This document shows positions 9,247 to 17,394 of a DNA stretch of 18,040 bases, piece after piece (position 1 is the first letter of the stretch; each line of letters starts with the position of its first letter). The stretch comes from a bacterium (GTDB lineage: Bacteria; Zhuqueibacterota; Zhuqueibacteria; Oceanimicrobiales; Oceanimicrobiaceae): assembly GCA_046758365.1 (NCBI GenBank), contig JBHIAC010000056.1, forward strand, positions 1 through 18,040, given 5' to 3'. The position numbers and the translations under genes were made by a program. The notes beneath the pieces were generated by a model, which searched no databases, was not told where the DNA came from, and was given only the letters and a program-made list of their open reading frames with translations.

Positions 9247-9295
9247 CCTACCTATAAATTTAGAATTGCAAAATTATTAGACTTTCGACTTTTTT

Positions 9296-9327
9296 TTAAA
9301 CCAGTAATCCATCACTCCAATAAATCA
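9296..9327. repeat. Degenerate tandem 8-mer repeat (consensus about NNACTCCA)
   Basis: ttaaacca gtaatcca tcactcca ataaatca; shares the exact 11-mer catcactccaa with 17449-17459. Confidence 0.5.
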
Positions 9328-9368
9328 AAACGTCCATATAGAAGCTATATTTATATTTTAAATACTTA

Positions 9369-10004
9369 TTATTCAAATGTTTCTTGAATCACTTCTTTCA
9401 CCAATTCCCATTCAAAACCTCGACGCAGAAGAAAATCTGTAAGCCGCTTTTTTCTTTTCGAATCCTCTAAATTTTTATATCGTGATCTCCTTTTATCCAC
9501 CAACTCCTTCGCAAATTCCAGTTGGTTTTTTTCACTATAAGCTTCCTGTAACGCTTTTTGAATAATTTCTTCACTGATGCCCTTTTGCCAAAGCTCACGC
9601 CGGAGAAGGATTTCTCCTGCAGGTTTATTGACCATCCGACTGCGCACAAAAGACAGAGCAAATGCCTCATCATCTACAAAACTCTTTTCTTTCAATTCGG
9701 AAATAACCTCATCAACTATAGCAGAGCTGAATCCCTTTTGAACCAACTTAATTCTTATTTCCTTTTCACTGTGTGCCCTGGCAGCTAAATATCGGTAAGC
9801 TTTCTCTTTAACGCGTTTCTTTTCTTCTTTTAATAGTAAATTGTTAATTTTTTCCTGTGATAATTCATCACCTTCTTTTAACCCGAAATGAGCAACAAGC
9901 TCAGCGTCTAAACCAAAAGCAAATTCATCATTAAGATATATTGACCGTCTGGTTTTTTTCTTTTTTTGAACTTCGATTTTTGTGATTTTTGCTGAAGAAT
10001 CCAA
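9369..10004 (-). CDS. recX: RecA regulator RecX
   Basis: Directly downstream of recA. AYRYLAARAHSEKEIRIKL, FVDDEAFA, LRRELWQKGI, LLRRGF motifs. Confidence 0.95.
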   Translation of the reverse strand: MDSSAKITKIEVQKKKKTRRSIYLNDEFAFGLDAELVAHFGLKEGDELSQEKINNLLLKEEKKRVKEKAYRYLAARAHSEKEIRIKLVQKGFSSAIVDEVISELKEKSFVDDEAFALSFVRSRMVNKPAGEILLRRELWQKGISEEIIQKALQEAYSEKNQLEFAKELVDKRRSRYKNLEDSKRKKRLTDFLLRRGFEWELVKEVIQETFE

Positions 10005-10017
10005 GGTCTCTCATCCA

Positions 10018-11094
10018 TTATGATTGCACAGGTTGCCTTTGTGTAGACTCCTTTTGCCCTTCAGTAGGCTTAACTTCCGAGGGCTTTTGTATTTTAACTA
10101 AACCTAAAACCTCTCTAACTTGTTTGGTAATTTTCTTAAATAATTCTGGATTTTGAAGAAGATACTGCTTAACATTTTCTCGCCCTTGCCCTAATCTCTC
10201 TTGTCCATAAGAAAACCATGTCCCACTTTTTTGAATAATATTATGCTTTACAGCGGTGTCGATGATATCTCCTTCTTTGGAAATCCCGGTACCGTACATG
10301 ATATCGAATTCTGCTTCTCTAAAGGGTGGGGCAACTTTGTTTTTTACTACTTTTACTTTGGTTCGGTTGCCAATAATATTTTCTGAATCTTTAATGGATG
10401 CCGTGCGTCGTATGTCGATACGAACTGATGCATAGAATTTCAATGCCCTACCCCCAGAAGTTGTTTCTGGGTTACCAAACATTACACCGATTTTTTCACG
10501 AATCTGGTTCACAAAAACTACGCAGGTCTTGGATTTGCTAATGGCACCAGCTAACTTTCGCATGGCTTGGGACATTAAGCGAGCTTGCAGGCCCATTTGG
10601 GCATCCCCCATTTCTCCTTCAATTTCAGCTCGTGGTACTAAAGCCGCCACCGAGTCAATAACAATCACATCAAGTGCGCCGCTGCGAACCAGCGTTTCGG
10701 TTATCTCCAACGCTTGCTCTCCGGTATCGGGTTGCGAGATAAGTAGATTTTCTGTATCCACGCCTAAATTTTTTGCATATTTTGCATCCAAAGCATGTTC
10801 AGCATCGACAAAGGCCGCTAAACCTCCCCGGTTCTGTGCTTCAGCGATGACATGCAGAGTTAAGGTCGTTTTGCCTGAAGACTCCGGTCCAAAAACTTCC
10901 ACGACCCTTCCTCTGGGCACTCCGCCAATTCCCAAAGCCGAATCCAACGAAATAGAACCTGTCGGAATTGCCTCAATTTCAACCGGATGTTTTTCTTCTC
11001 CCAGACGCATAACCGAGCCTTTGCCAAACTGCCGGTCGATTTGAGCCATAGCCAATTCCAAGGCTTTTAGCTTTTCATTCTTTTCCTCACTCAT
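10018..11094 (-). CDS. recA: Recombinase RecA
   Basis: GPESSGKTT Walker [50 protein letters not shown]. Confidence 0.99.
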   Translation of the reverse strand: MSEEKNEKLKALELAMAQIDRQFGKGSVMRLGEEKHPVEIEAIPTGSISLDSALGIGGVPRGRVVEVFGPESSGKTTLTLHVIAEAQNRGGLAAFVDAEHALDAKYAKNLGVDTENLLISQPDTGEQALEITETLVRSGALDVIVIDSVAALVPRAEIEGEMGDAQMGLQARLMSQAMRKLAGAISKSKTCVVFVNQIREKIGVMFGNPETTSGGRALKFYASVRIDIRRTASIKDSENIIGNRTKVKVVKNKVAPPFREAEFDIMYGTGISKEGDIIDTAVKHNIIQKSGTWFSYGQERLGQGRENVKQYLLQNPELFKKITKQVREVLGLVKIQKPSEVKPTEGQKESTQRQPVQS

Positions 11095-11130
11095 TCAACA
11101 CCCCTCCTGTTTTATAAATTAATATTAAAA

Positions 11131-11703
11131 TTAATTCCCCTTTAATCTAATTTTTTTCAATGGTGTATAAACGGCACCTGTCGGCCTTAAATCACTTTTC
11201 ATGACCACCACTTCTTCCACGCTAACCTCGCCTCCTTCGAAACTCTCCTTCTGCAATAATTGCACAAAGTTTTGGCTTAGTGACGACTTGACTCGTGCAA
11301 CAGTCAAATGTGGAGAGAATTTTCGTTTCTCTCTCGGGAATCCAATCTTGCTTAATTCATCATCTATATTTTGCGCAATTTGGATTAGTTGAAATGTTGG
11401 ATTTTCTATTCCTATCCATAACACCCTTGGTCTGCGAAAATTTGGAAACGCACCAAAATTATTCACTAAAAAATTAAAGGGTGAAAACGGCTGCACCGCG
11501 CTTTCAACCGCTTCCGCCACCGAATTTATTCGACTTTCTTCAACGTTTCCTAAAAATTTTATGGTTAAATGGATGTTACCAGGTTTGGTCCAGCTTATGC
11601 GAGCTTTTTCCTTTTTTAATTCTAATTCATTCTGCAAGTTTGCAATTTTTTGGTGAATGGAATCAGGAATTTCAATAGCGATGAAAGTTCGTATTTTCGA
11701 CAA
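11131..11703 (-). CDS. thpR: RNA 2',3'-cyclic phosphodiesterase (2H phosphoesterase, ThpR/LigT)
   Basis: RTFIAI N-terminus, two HxT motifs (HLTIKFLG, PHLTVAR), GAFP..RPRVLW; typical cinA-thpR-recA context. Confidence 0.95.
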   Translation of the reverse strand: MSKIRTFIAIEIPDSIHQKIANLQNELELKKEKARISWTKPGNIHLTIKFLGNVEESRINSVAEAVESAVQPFSPFNFLVNNFGAFPNFRRPRVLWIGIENPTFQLIQIAQNIDDELSKIGFPREKRKFSPHLTVARVKSSLSQNFVQLLQKESFEGGEVSVEEVVVMKSDLRPTGAVYTPLKKIRLKGN

Positions 11704-11761
11704 TGATTAAAAGCCTTTTAATTTTGATTATGATGCCATAAAATCGACTTATTTCAGGCAT
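11672..11761 (-). pseudogene. Truncated DUF4160-family (putative toxin) remnant, 29 codons
   Basis: ATG at 11761 overlaps the DUF2442 stop (ATGCCTGA). Reads MPEISRFYGIIIKI, the characteristic DUF4160 N-terminus, then loses similarity (no HxPPHxH motif) and stops at 11672-11674 inside thpR. Confidence 0.75.
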
Positions 11762-12038
11762 GCACTTCTTCTGTTTGTAAGTTCGGAAATACTTGTTCAG
11801 GGGTTTTGCCCGTTATTTCCATATAAATCGAATCTAGGCAGAGGTCAATTTTATCACTCCAAGCTATCTCACCATGGCTTCCAATATAAACTTTTTCAAA
11901 TGCACTATAATCATTCCACAACTTAAATACCCCTTTTCCAACAAGATTTGAAAGGTCTACCTCACCTTCAACTCCATCAGAATATTTTACCCATATCTTA
12001 TGATCTGGAAGTGCTTTAACATGCACTGGCTTAAACAT
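11754..12038 (-). CDS. DUF2442-family protein (putative antitoxin partner of DUF4160)
   Basis: V.ALPDHKIWVKYSDGVEGEVDLS..GKGVF..W.D...F.KV......IAW....DLC.DSIY pattern. ATG at 12038 fits the GAGGG SD better than TTG at 12044. Confidence 0.85.
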   Translation of the reverse strand: MFKPVHVKALPDHKIWVKYSDGVEGEVDLSNLVGKGVFKLWNDYSAFEKVYIGSHGEIAWSDKIDLCLDSIYMEITGKTPEQVFPNLQTEEVHA

Positions 12039-12094
12039 TAGCAAACCCTCTTTAAACTAAAATCTACGTTGAATCTCAAATTAGCTTTTCAAAT

Positions 12095-12123
12095 AATATA
12101 ACGGTTCTTAAAGAAATTATCAA
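12095..12123 (-). promoter_or_regulatory. Sigma70-type promoter for the DUF2442 cassette, with a palindrome in the spacer
   Basis: Minus strand TTGATA (12123-12118), 17 nt, TATATT (12100-12095). The spacer contains the palindrome TTCTT-N-AAGAA (12105-12115). Confidence 0.65.
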
Positions 12124-12137
12124 CCCTGAATTGATTC

Positions 12138-12232
12138 CCTTTGAAGATATAGGCGGAGCCCGAACGGCTACCCTTAGGCTCGTCACCTGAAGCCCCAACC
12201 AACATACGGTCACCGCTTAACTCTTGGAAAGG
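12138..12232. ncRNA. Unclassified structured element (long closing stem plus multi-branch junction)
   Basis: GC-rich patch in an AT-rich intergenic region. Imperfect outer inverted repeat 12138-12156 / 12213-12232 encloses three small hairpins on the minus strand. Confidence 0.45.
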
Positions 12233-12234
12233 CG

Positions 12235-13476
12235 TTAGTTCGCTGTGAGCTTAATTAATTCCTTTCTTAGAATATTCAATGCTGCCTGAACCGTGCGTTC
12301 TTTATTGGTTAGGCGGTCATTAAAAAAATGATATTTTTTTGAATATGACCCGCCCTCTCCAGCAAATCCTATGTAAACTAACCCTACTGGCTTTTCTTTC
12401 GTTCCCCCTGTTGGTCCAGCGATACCGGTGGTAGAAATACCAAAATCAGCACCGCTAATTTTCTTTACCCCTTCCGCCATCGCCACGGCTGTTTCTGAGC
12501 TCACAGCACCAGACTTTTCTAAAACCGTTGCTGGAATCCCTAAAATATCCATTTTCGCCTGATTACTATAGACAATCACCCCTCTTTCAAAATATTCAGA
12601 GCTTCCAGGAATGTTGGTTAATTTATTGGCTAATAATCCTCCTGTGCAGGATTCAGCCACAGCTACAGTTTTCTTTTTTTTAAAAAAAAGTTGAGCAACT
12701 ACTTCTTCCAATTCTTCTTCATCATATCCATAAATATACTTTACAATCTTTTTCTCAAAAATTGCTAGACCCTGTTCCATTTTCTGTTGGCAATCAAGAG
12801 CATTTCTACCCTTTACGGTCAATCGAATGTCTACCCCGGCCGTTTTCGGGAGAAATGCTACTTTAACGATTTCCTCAATTTCTTTTATGTCTCCAATCCG
12901 TTCAAAGAGGCTGGATTCAGGAATACCTGTCGTTCGAATTGTTTTTTGTAAAACTGTTTGGCCTTGCCCCTTAAGCATAGGGAAGACGGTTTCTTCGCAC
13001 ATGGCTTTCATCTCAGAGGGAACGCCAGGGAGAATGAAGCATTTTTTACTATCTTTTTCAAACAGAAATCCTGGTGCGCTTCCTATTGGATTTTTAATGA
13101 TTTTTGCTTTCTCAGGCACACGAGCTTGGTCTTCGTTTATCGTGGCCATTTTAAGTCCACGGACTTCAAAAGCCCGCTTAATCCGATTCAAAATTTCAGG
13201 CTTGAAGACAAAATCTGATTCAAAAAACTCAGCAGCCACCTTTTTTGTTATATCGTCATGGGTTGGCCCTAAACCTCCCGTTGTTATTACAATGTCACTT
13301 CTTTCCGAGGCTATGGATAATGCGCTATTTAAATCTTTGGCTTGGTCTCCAACGGTTGTAATCCATTTTACCTCTAAACCAAGCTCAGTTAGATATTTGG
13401 CTAAGTAGGCAGTATTTGTATTGATTATTTGCCCAATGAGAAGTTCGTCACCAATTGAAATTAACTCGACTTTCAT
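12235..13476 (-). CDS. cinA: Competence/damage-inducible protein CinA (MoCF-like N-terminal domain plus PncC NMN deamidase)
   Basis: IGDELLIGQIINTN, TGGLGPTHDDIT, LPGVPSEM, VAESCTGG, GSSEYF, STTGIAGPTGG..KPVGLVYIG. Confidence 0.97.
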   Translation of the reverse strand: MKVELISIGDELLIGQIINTNTAYLAKYLTELGLEVKWITTVGDQAKDLNSALSIASERSDIVITTGGLGPTHDDITKKVAAEFFESDFVFKPEILNRIKRAFEVRGLKMATINEDQARVPEKAKIIKNPIGSAPGFLFEKDSKKCFILPGVPSEMKAMCEETVFPMLKGQGQTVLQKTIRTTGIPESSLFERIGDIKEIEEIVKVAFLPKTAGVDIRLTVKGRNALDCQQKMEQGLAIFEKKIVKYIYGYDEEELEEVVAQLFFKKKKTVAVAESCTGGLLANKLTNIPGSSEYFERGVIVYSNQAKMDILGIPATVLEKSGAVSSETAVAMAEGVKKISGADFGISTTGIAGPTGGTKEKPVGLVYIGFAGEGGSYSKKYHFFNDRLTNKERTVQAALNILRKELIKLTAN

Positions 13477-13482
13477 TAAAAT

Positions 13483-13929
13483 TTAATTTAAAAATTGAAA
13501 AAGCAATCTCAAAACAAGCGCGCTGTAAATTCCAGCAACCACATCATCCATCATAACGCCCCATCCACATGGCAGTCGTTCAGTAAGTTTGGCAGGATAT
13601 AATTTAATAATGTCAAAAAATCTAAAAAGAATGAATCCAAGTGCAAGTCCTTTTAAGCTTTTTTCAAATAATGTAAAAGTTATCAGCATTCCGACAATTT
13701 CGTCAATCACAATTATTGGGGCATCTTGTCCTGATTCTTTTTCTACTTCAGTAGCAGCCCAAACTCCAATAATAAATAGAACCCCAATTCCAATTAAAGC
13801 AAAAACAGAATCGCTATATGGAACCGCCCAATATAAGAAAAGCCCCAAAAGACTACCCACAGTACCGGGAGCAAACGGGGCATATCCAACAAAAAAGCCA
13901 GTGGCAATGACTCGAGGGATTAGGCGCAT
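13483..13929 (-). CDS. pgpA: Phosphatidylglycerophosphatase A
   Basis: PFAPGTVGS, IVIDEIVG, FRFFDIIK, GWGVMMDDVVAG. Confidence 0.96.
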   Translation of the reverse strand: MRLIPRVIATGFFVGYAPFAPGTVGSLLGLFLYWAVPYSDSVFALIGIGVLFIIGVWAATEVEKESGQDAPIIVIDEIVGMLITFTLFEKSLKGLALGFILFRFFDIIKLYPAKLTERLPCGWGVMMDDVVAGIYSALVLRLLFQFLN

Positions 13930-14553
13930 CTAACGAACATTGGTCGGCACAAATACTCGATAAAATGCAACCGCCAGACTTTTGAGGTGTTGTCGATTTT
14001 CATACAGATAACTAACTCCGGTGGTCACCGTATAAATGGTCACAATTACCATTAATTTACCCAGTAAATCCCAATCCTTAATTTTTGTTAAAAATACAGG
14101 TGCGGCTATTTCCTGTGAATAGCTACTTTCGACAATCATCCAAATAAAGATACAATAGATTGCAAACATCTGGGTGGCGGTTTTCCACTTAGCCCAAATG
14201 CTGGTGGCAAACAGCTTCCCTCTTGAAATAGCATAGGATCTAAGTCCAGTAATTAAAATATCCCTGAGTGCAATGACCATAAACATCCAGAGTTGAACAT
14301 AACCGAGAAATGTGAAAATTCCGAAGGCTGTGGAGATTAATAACTTATCAGCAAGGGGATCCAAATATTTTCCAGCACGCGTTACACTCCCATGTTTACG
14401 GGCAAAATACCCGTCGTACCAATCCGTTAGAGAAGCCAGAACAAAGATTATTAAAGATAGGTATTTAAAAAAAAGATGTTCAAAAATTAATGCCACCGCA
14501 AAAAGCGGTGTCAAAATCATACGGAGAACAGTTAATTGATTGGGCAAAGACAT
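13930..14553 (-). CDS. pgsA: CDP-diacylglycerol--glycerol-3-phosphate 3-phosphatidyltransferase
   Basis: LPNQLTVLR and CDP-alcohol phosphotransferase motif TDWYDGYFAR...GKYLDPLADK; abuts pgpA. Confidence 0.93.
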   Translation of the reverse strand: MSLPNQLTVLRMILTPLFAVALIFEHLFFKYLSLIIFVLASLTDWYDGYFARKHGSVTRAGKYLDPLADKLLISTAFGIFTFLGYVQLWMFMVIALRDILITGLRSYAISRGKLFATSIWAKWKTATQMFAIYCIFIWMIVESSYSQEIAAPVFLTKIKDWDLLGKLMVIVTIYTVTTGVSYLYENRQHLKSLAVAFYRVFVPTNVR

Positions 14554-14609
14554 GAGAGGACTCTCTATTTAATTGTTAATTTCAAGCATCCAGCTTCCCA
14601 ATTAATCCA

Positions 14610-15206
14610 TTATAGAACGACTCTACCTTCTAGCGCGCGCGTTAAAGTAATTTCATCCGCATATTCCAAATCACCGCCGACCGGAATTCCTCGAGCGATA
14701 CGGGTTACTTTGATTTTCAAGGGTTTAATCAATTTTTCTAAATAAAGTGCAGTTGCTTCACCCTCTGTGTTTGGATTAGTTGCAATTATCACTTCATCAA
14801 TGGAACTATTTAGTCGAGACATAAGCTCTTTAATATGCAAGTCATCTGGCCCAATACCATCCAAAGGCGAAAGCGCCCCACCTAAAACTTGATATAAGCC
14901 CTTGTATTCTCCAGTTTTCTCCAACGCCAGTACATCATTGGCTTCCTCGACAACACAGAGGATGCTGCGATCCCTTTGCTCGCTATCACATATATAACAG
15001 GGATCCTTTTCAGTAATATTAAAACAAACAGAACAAAATTTGACTTTTTCTTTTATTGCGACTAAGGCATCGGCAAGTTTTTGAACTTCATCCTTTGAAA
15101 TTTTTAAAAGATAAAACACCAATCTCTGTGCTGATTTTCTCCCAATACCGGGTAGTTTCGTCAGTTCAGAAATTGCTTTTTCTACCGATACAGAAGGATA
15201 CTGCAT
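14610..15206 (-). CDS. recR: Recombination mediator RecR
   Basis: LPGIGRKSAQR HhH, C4 zinc finger CSVC..CYIC, TOPRIM CVVE and ATNPNTEGEATA, RIARGIPVGGDLEYAD. Confidence 0.98.
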   Translation of the reverse strand: MQYPSVSVEKAISELTKLPGIGRKSAQRLVFYLLKISKDEVQKLADALVAIKEKVKFCSVCFNITEKDPCYICDSEQRDRSILCVVEEANDVLALEKTGEYKGLYQVLGGALSPLDGIGPDDLHIKELMSRLNSSIDEVIIATNPNTEGEATALYLEKLIKPLKIKVTRIARGIPVGGDLEYADEITLTRALEGRVVL

Positions 15207-15249
15207 GATTTCAATTTGATGAATTGAAGTTAATAATTATAAAAGGTTT

Positions 15250-15588
15250 CTATAATCCAGGAATATTAAATCCACTTGGTAAATTCCCAAGTAGTCCACC
15301 TGCGGCTTTGCCCATCTCCTGATTTGCCATTTCTTGGGCTTTTTCTAAAGCCTGGTTTACTGCGGCCACGACCAAATCTTCTAACATTTCAATATCTTCG
15401 GGATTCACCACCTGCTTATCTATGTGAATTTCCAAGATTTCTTGCTTGCCATTAACTACTGCGGTAACCATCCCTCCCCCAGAGCTTCCTTCTACCTTTA
15501 AGTTGCCCAGTTCAACCTGAACTTTCTGAATTTTTTCTTGTATCTTTTGGGCCTGCTTTAATATATCTCCCATGCCTGGCTTAGCCAT
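15250..15588 (-). CDS. ybaB: Nucleoid-associated protein, YbaB/EbfC family
   Basis: KQAQKIQ, GSSGGGMV, EMLEDLVVAAVNQA; conserved dnaX-ybaB-recR order. Confidence 0.96.
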   Translation of the reverse strand: MAKPGMGDILKQAQKIQEKIQKVQVELGNLKVEGSSGGGMVTAVVNGKQEILEIHIDKQVVNPEDIEMLEDLVVAAVNQALEKAQEMANQEMGKAAGGLLGNLPSGFNIPGL

Positions 15589-15620
15589 AATTATCTCCTA
15601 TAAAGTAATTTATCGAAAAT

Positions 15621-17324
15621 CTACTGAATAATCTCACCATTGAAAACTTCTATAATTTTTTTAACTATAGGTATCTGAAGAGTACTATTCTCGTCTGCCC
15701 TCTCTTGTGGTTTGTTAGCAGGTTTATGCTTCAACAAAATCTGCTTAAATTCCTCACTTTCATTTTTTTTGCAGTGTATTTGTACTCTTAATCCGGTCTG
15801 TTCAAATATTATATTTTCTATAATACGTCGATTTTGGTTAATTGTATTAATATGAAATCCATTTTTTTTACCAAAAGAAATTTCTAGAAATCCATCTTCC
15901 AGAGAAGTAGGATATCCTTCATTTAAAAAAGAACCTAAATGCATTTTTTTATTTTTAACTTTTTCGATTATTTCTAACCAATGATTTTTAATATTCTCTA
16001 ATGAGGCTTCAACAGGGGCATCCGATAAACTCTTCTTCTCCAAACTCGATTTGTTATTATTGATTTGATATTCAGAATTATTAGTTACAACGTTACTTAT
16101 TTGTTTTATCGATGCAGCCTCAGATTCATTTTTAGTAGTAGAAAAGTTTACCGTAGTATTTAATGAATTGCCTAATTTCGGGTTAGTTGTGTTTTTTAAA
16201 TGACTAATTTTAGTTAAAAGTTCTCCCAACTCCATACTTTTATCCATTTTAATCATTTTCACTATCAGCATTTCTAAAATCAGTTTTGAATTAGGACTGC
16301 GTCTAATCTGATAGCTGGTTTCAGCAGCCAACTGAATAAGTCGAAGTAAGTCAGCTTCGGAAAAGGAATTGGAAGCTTCTTTATATCTAGACCCGAATGA
16401 TTCTAAGCCTTCAAGAAGATCCAACTTTTGGGTAGCTTTTACAACCAATAAATTTCTAAAATGTTCTACTAGACCATTTAAGAATTCCCCCATGTCACAA
16501 CCTTGAATAAAAATTTTATCAACGAGTTGGAGTCCAGTGGACACATCTTTATTGGTAATGCAATCGGAGCATTCAAAAAACAATTCGTGGTCTATAATAC
16601 CCAAAAGCTCTGAAAGTTCTTCTATTTTCACCTTTTGGCCACAGAACGATACCACCTGATCCAAAAGACTCTGGCCATCTCGCATACTCCCCTCGGATTT
16701 CTTCGCTATTAGAAAAAGTGCCTCTTCATCAATAGTAATACTTTCAGCATTACAAATATGTTGCAATTGTTGGATGATTTCGCTCATGGGAATTCTTCGG
16801 AAATCATAACGCTGACAGCGAGATAAAATTGTGGCTGGGACTTTGTGTGGTTCAGTCGTAGCAAAGATGAAAAGCACTTTTCTCGGCGGTTCTTCTAAGG
16901 TTTTGAGTAGAGCATTAAAGGCTTCCGTAGTCAACATGTGAACTTCATCGATGATATAAATTTTATGTTTTCCTTTGGAAGGAGCATATCTTATATTCTC
17001 CCGCAGATTTCGCACCTCGTCAATCCCTCGATTGGAGGCCCCATCTATTTCAAAAACGTCAAGGCTGCGGCTTGCTGTAATTTCTTTACAACTGGAACAT
17101 TCATTGCATGGTGTTGGCGTTGGTCCTTCTTCACAATTAATGGCTTTCGCAAAAATTCTTGCTGTGGTGGTTTTGCCTACCCCTCTTGGTCCTGAATAAA
17201 GATAAGCGGCAGCTAATCGATTATGGATTATAGCGTTTTTTAGTGTAGTAGTAATATGATTTTGTGCAACCACATCTTCAAACTTCATAGGTCGCCACTT
17301 TCTGGCCAACACCATATAAGACAT
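15621..17324 (-). CDS. dnaX: DNA polymerase III subunit gamma/tau
   Basis: SYMVLARKWRP, GPRGVGKTT, zinc module, EIDGASNRG, IIDEVHML, ATTE, SRCQ. ATG at 17324 is well spaced from AGGAGG; the track start GTG 17333 abuts the SD. Confidence 0.98.
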   Translation of the reverse strand: MSYMVLARKWRPMKFEDVVAQNHITTTLKNAIIHNRLAAAYLYSGPRGVGKTTTARIFAKAINCEEGPTPTPCNECSSCKEITASRSLDVFEIDGASNRGIDEVRNLRENIRYAPSKGKHKIYIIDEVHMLTTEAFNALLKTLEEPPRKVLFIFATTEPHKVPATILSRCQRYDFRRIPMSEIIQQLQHICNAESITIDEEALFLIAKKSEGSMRDGQSLLDQVVSFCGQKVKIEELSELLGIIDHELFFECSDCITNKDVSTGLQLVDKIFIQGCDMGEFLNGLVEHFRNLLVVKATQKLDLLEGLESFGSRYKEASNSFSEADLLRLIQLAAETSYQIRRSPNSKLILEMLIVKMIKMDKSMELGELLTKISHLKNTTNPKLGNSLNTTVNFSTTKNESEAASIKQISNVVTNNSEYQINNNKSSLEKKSLSDAPVEASLENIKNHWLEIIEKVKNKKMHLGSFLNEGYPTSLEDGFLEISFGKKNGFHINTINQNRRIIENIIFEQTGLRVQIHCKKNESEEFKQILLKHKPANKPQERADENSTLQIPIVKKIIEVFNGEIIQ

Positions 17325-17394
17325 CCGAAACACCCTCCTGCATTTTTTTATGATTATTTAGAACATGGATTACCGCAAACTTTTTCAGGAACAA

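Noticed and set aside
9951..9970. In-frame A_AAA_AAG near the recX 5' end
   Set aside because: Lys-rich N-terminus in an AT-rich genome; a shift here gives no meaningful product. It shows that such heptamers arise by chance.
10529..11044. 171-aa plus-strand ORF
   Set aside because: Antisense shadow of recA; no recognisable motifs.
12138..12232. Assignment of the structured element as 6S RNA, a true tRNA, glmS/c-di-AMP riboswitch or an intrinsic terminator
   Set aside because: Too short for 6S, non-canonical arm and loop sizes for a tRNA, lacks the riboswitch consensus motifs, and has no U-tract.
12827..13408. 193-aa plus-strand ORF (and 12958-13218)
   Set aside because: Antisense shadows of cinA; no independent coding evidence.
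15862..15869. A8 run in the dnaX C-terminal region as a transcriptional slippage site
   Set aside because: Too far downstream to yield a gamma-like subunit, and shorter than the A9 run used in Thermus.
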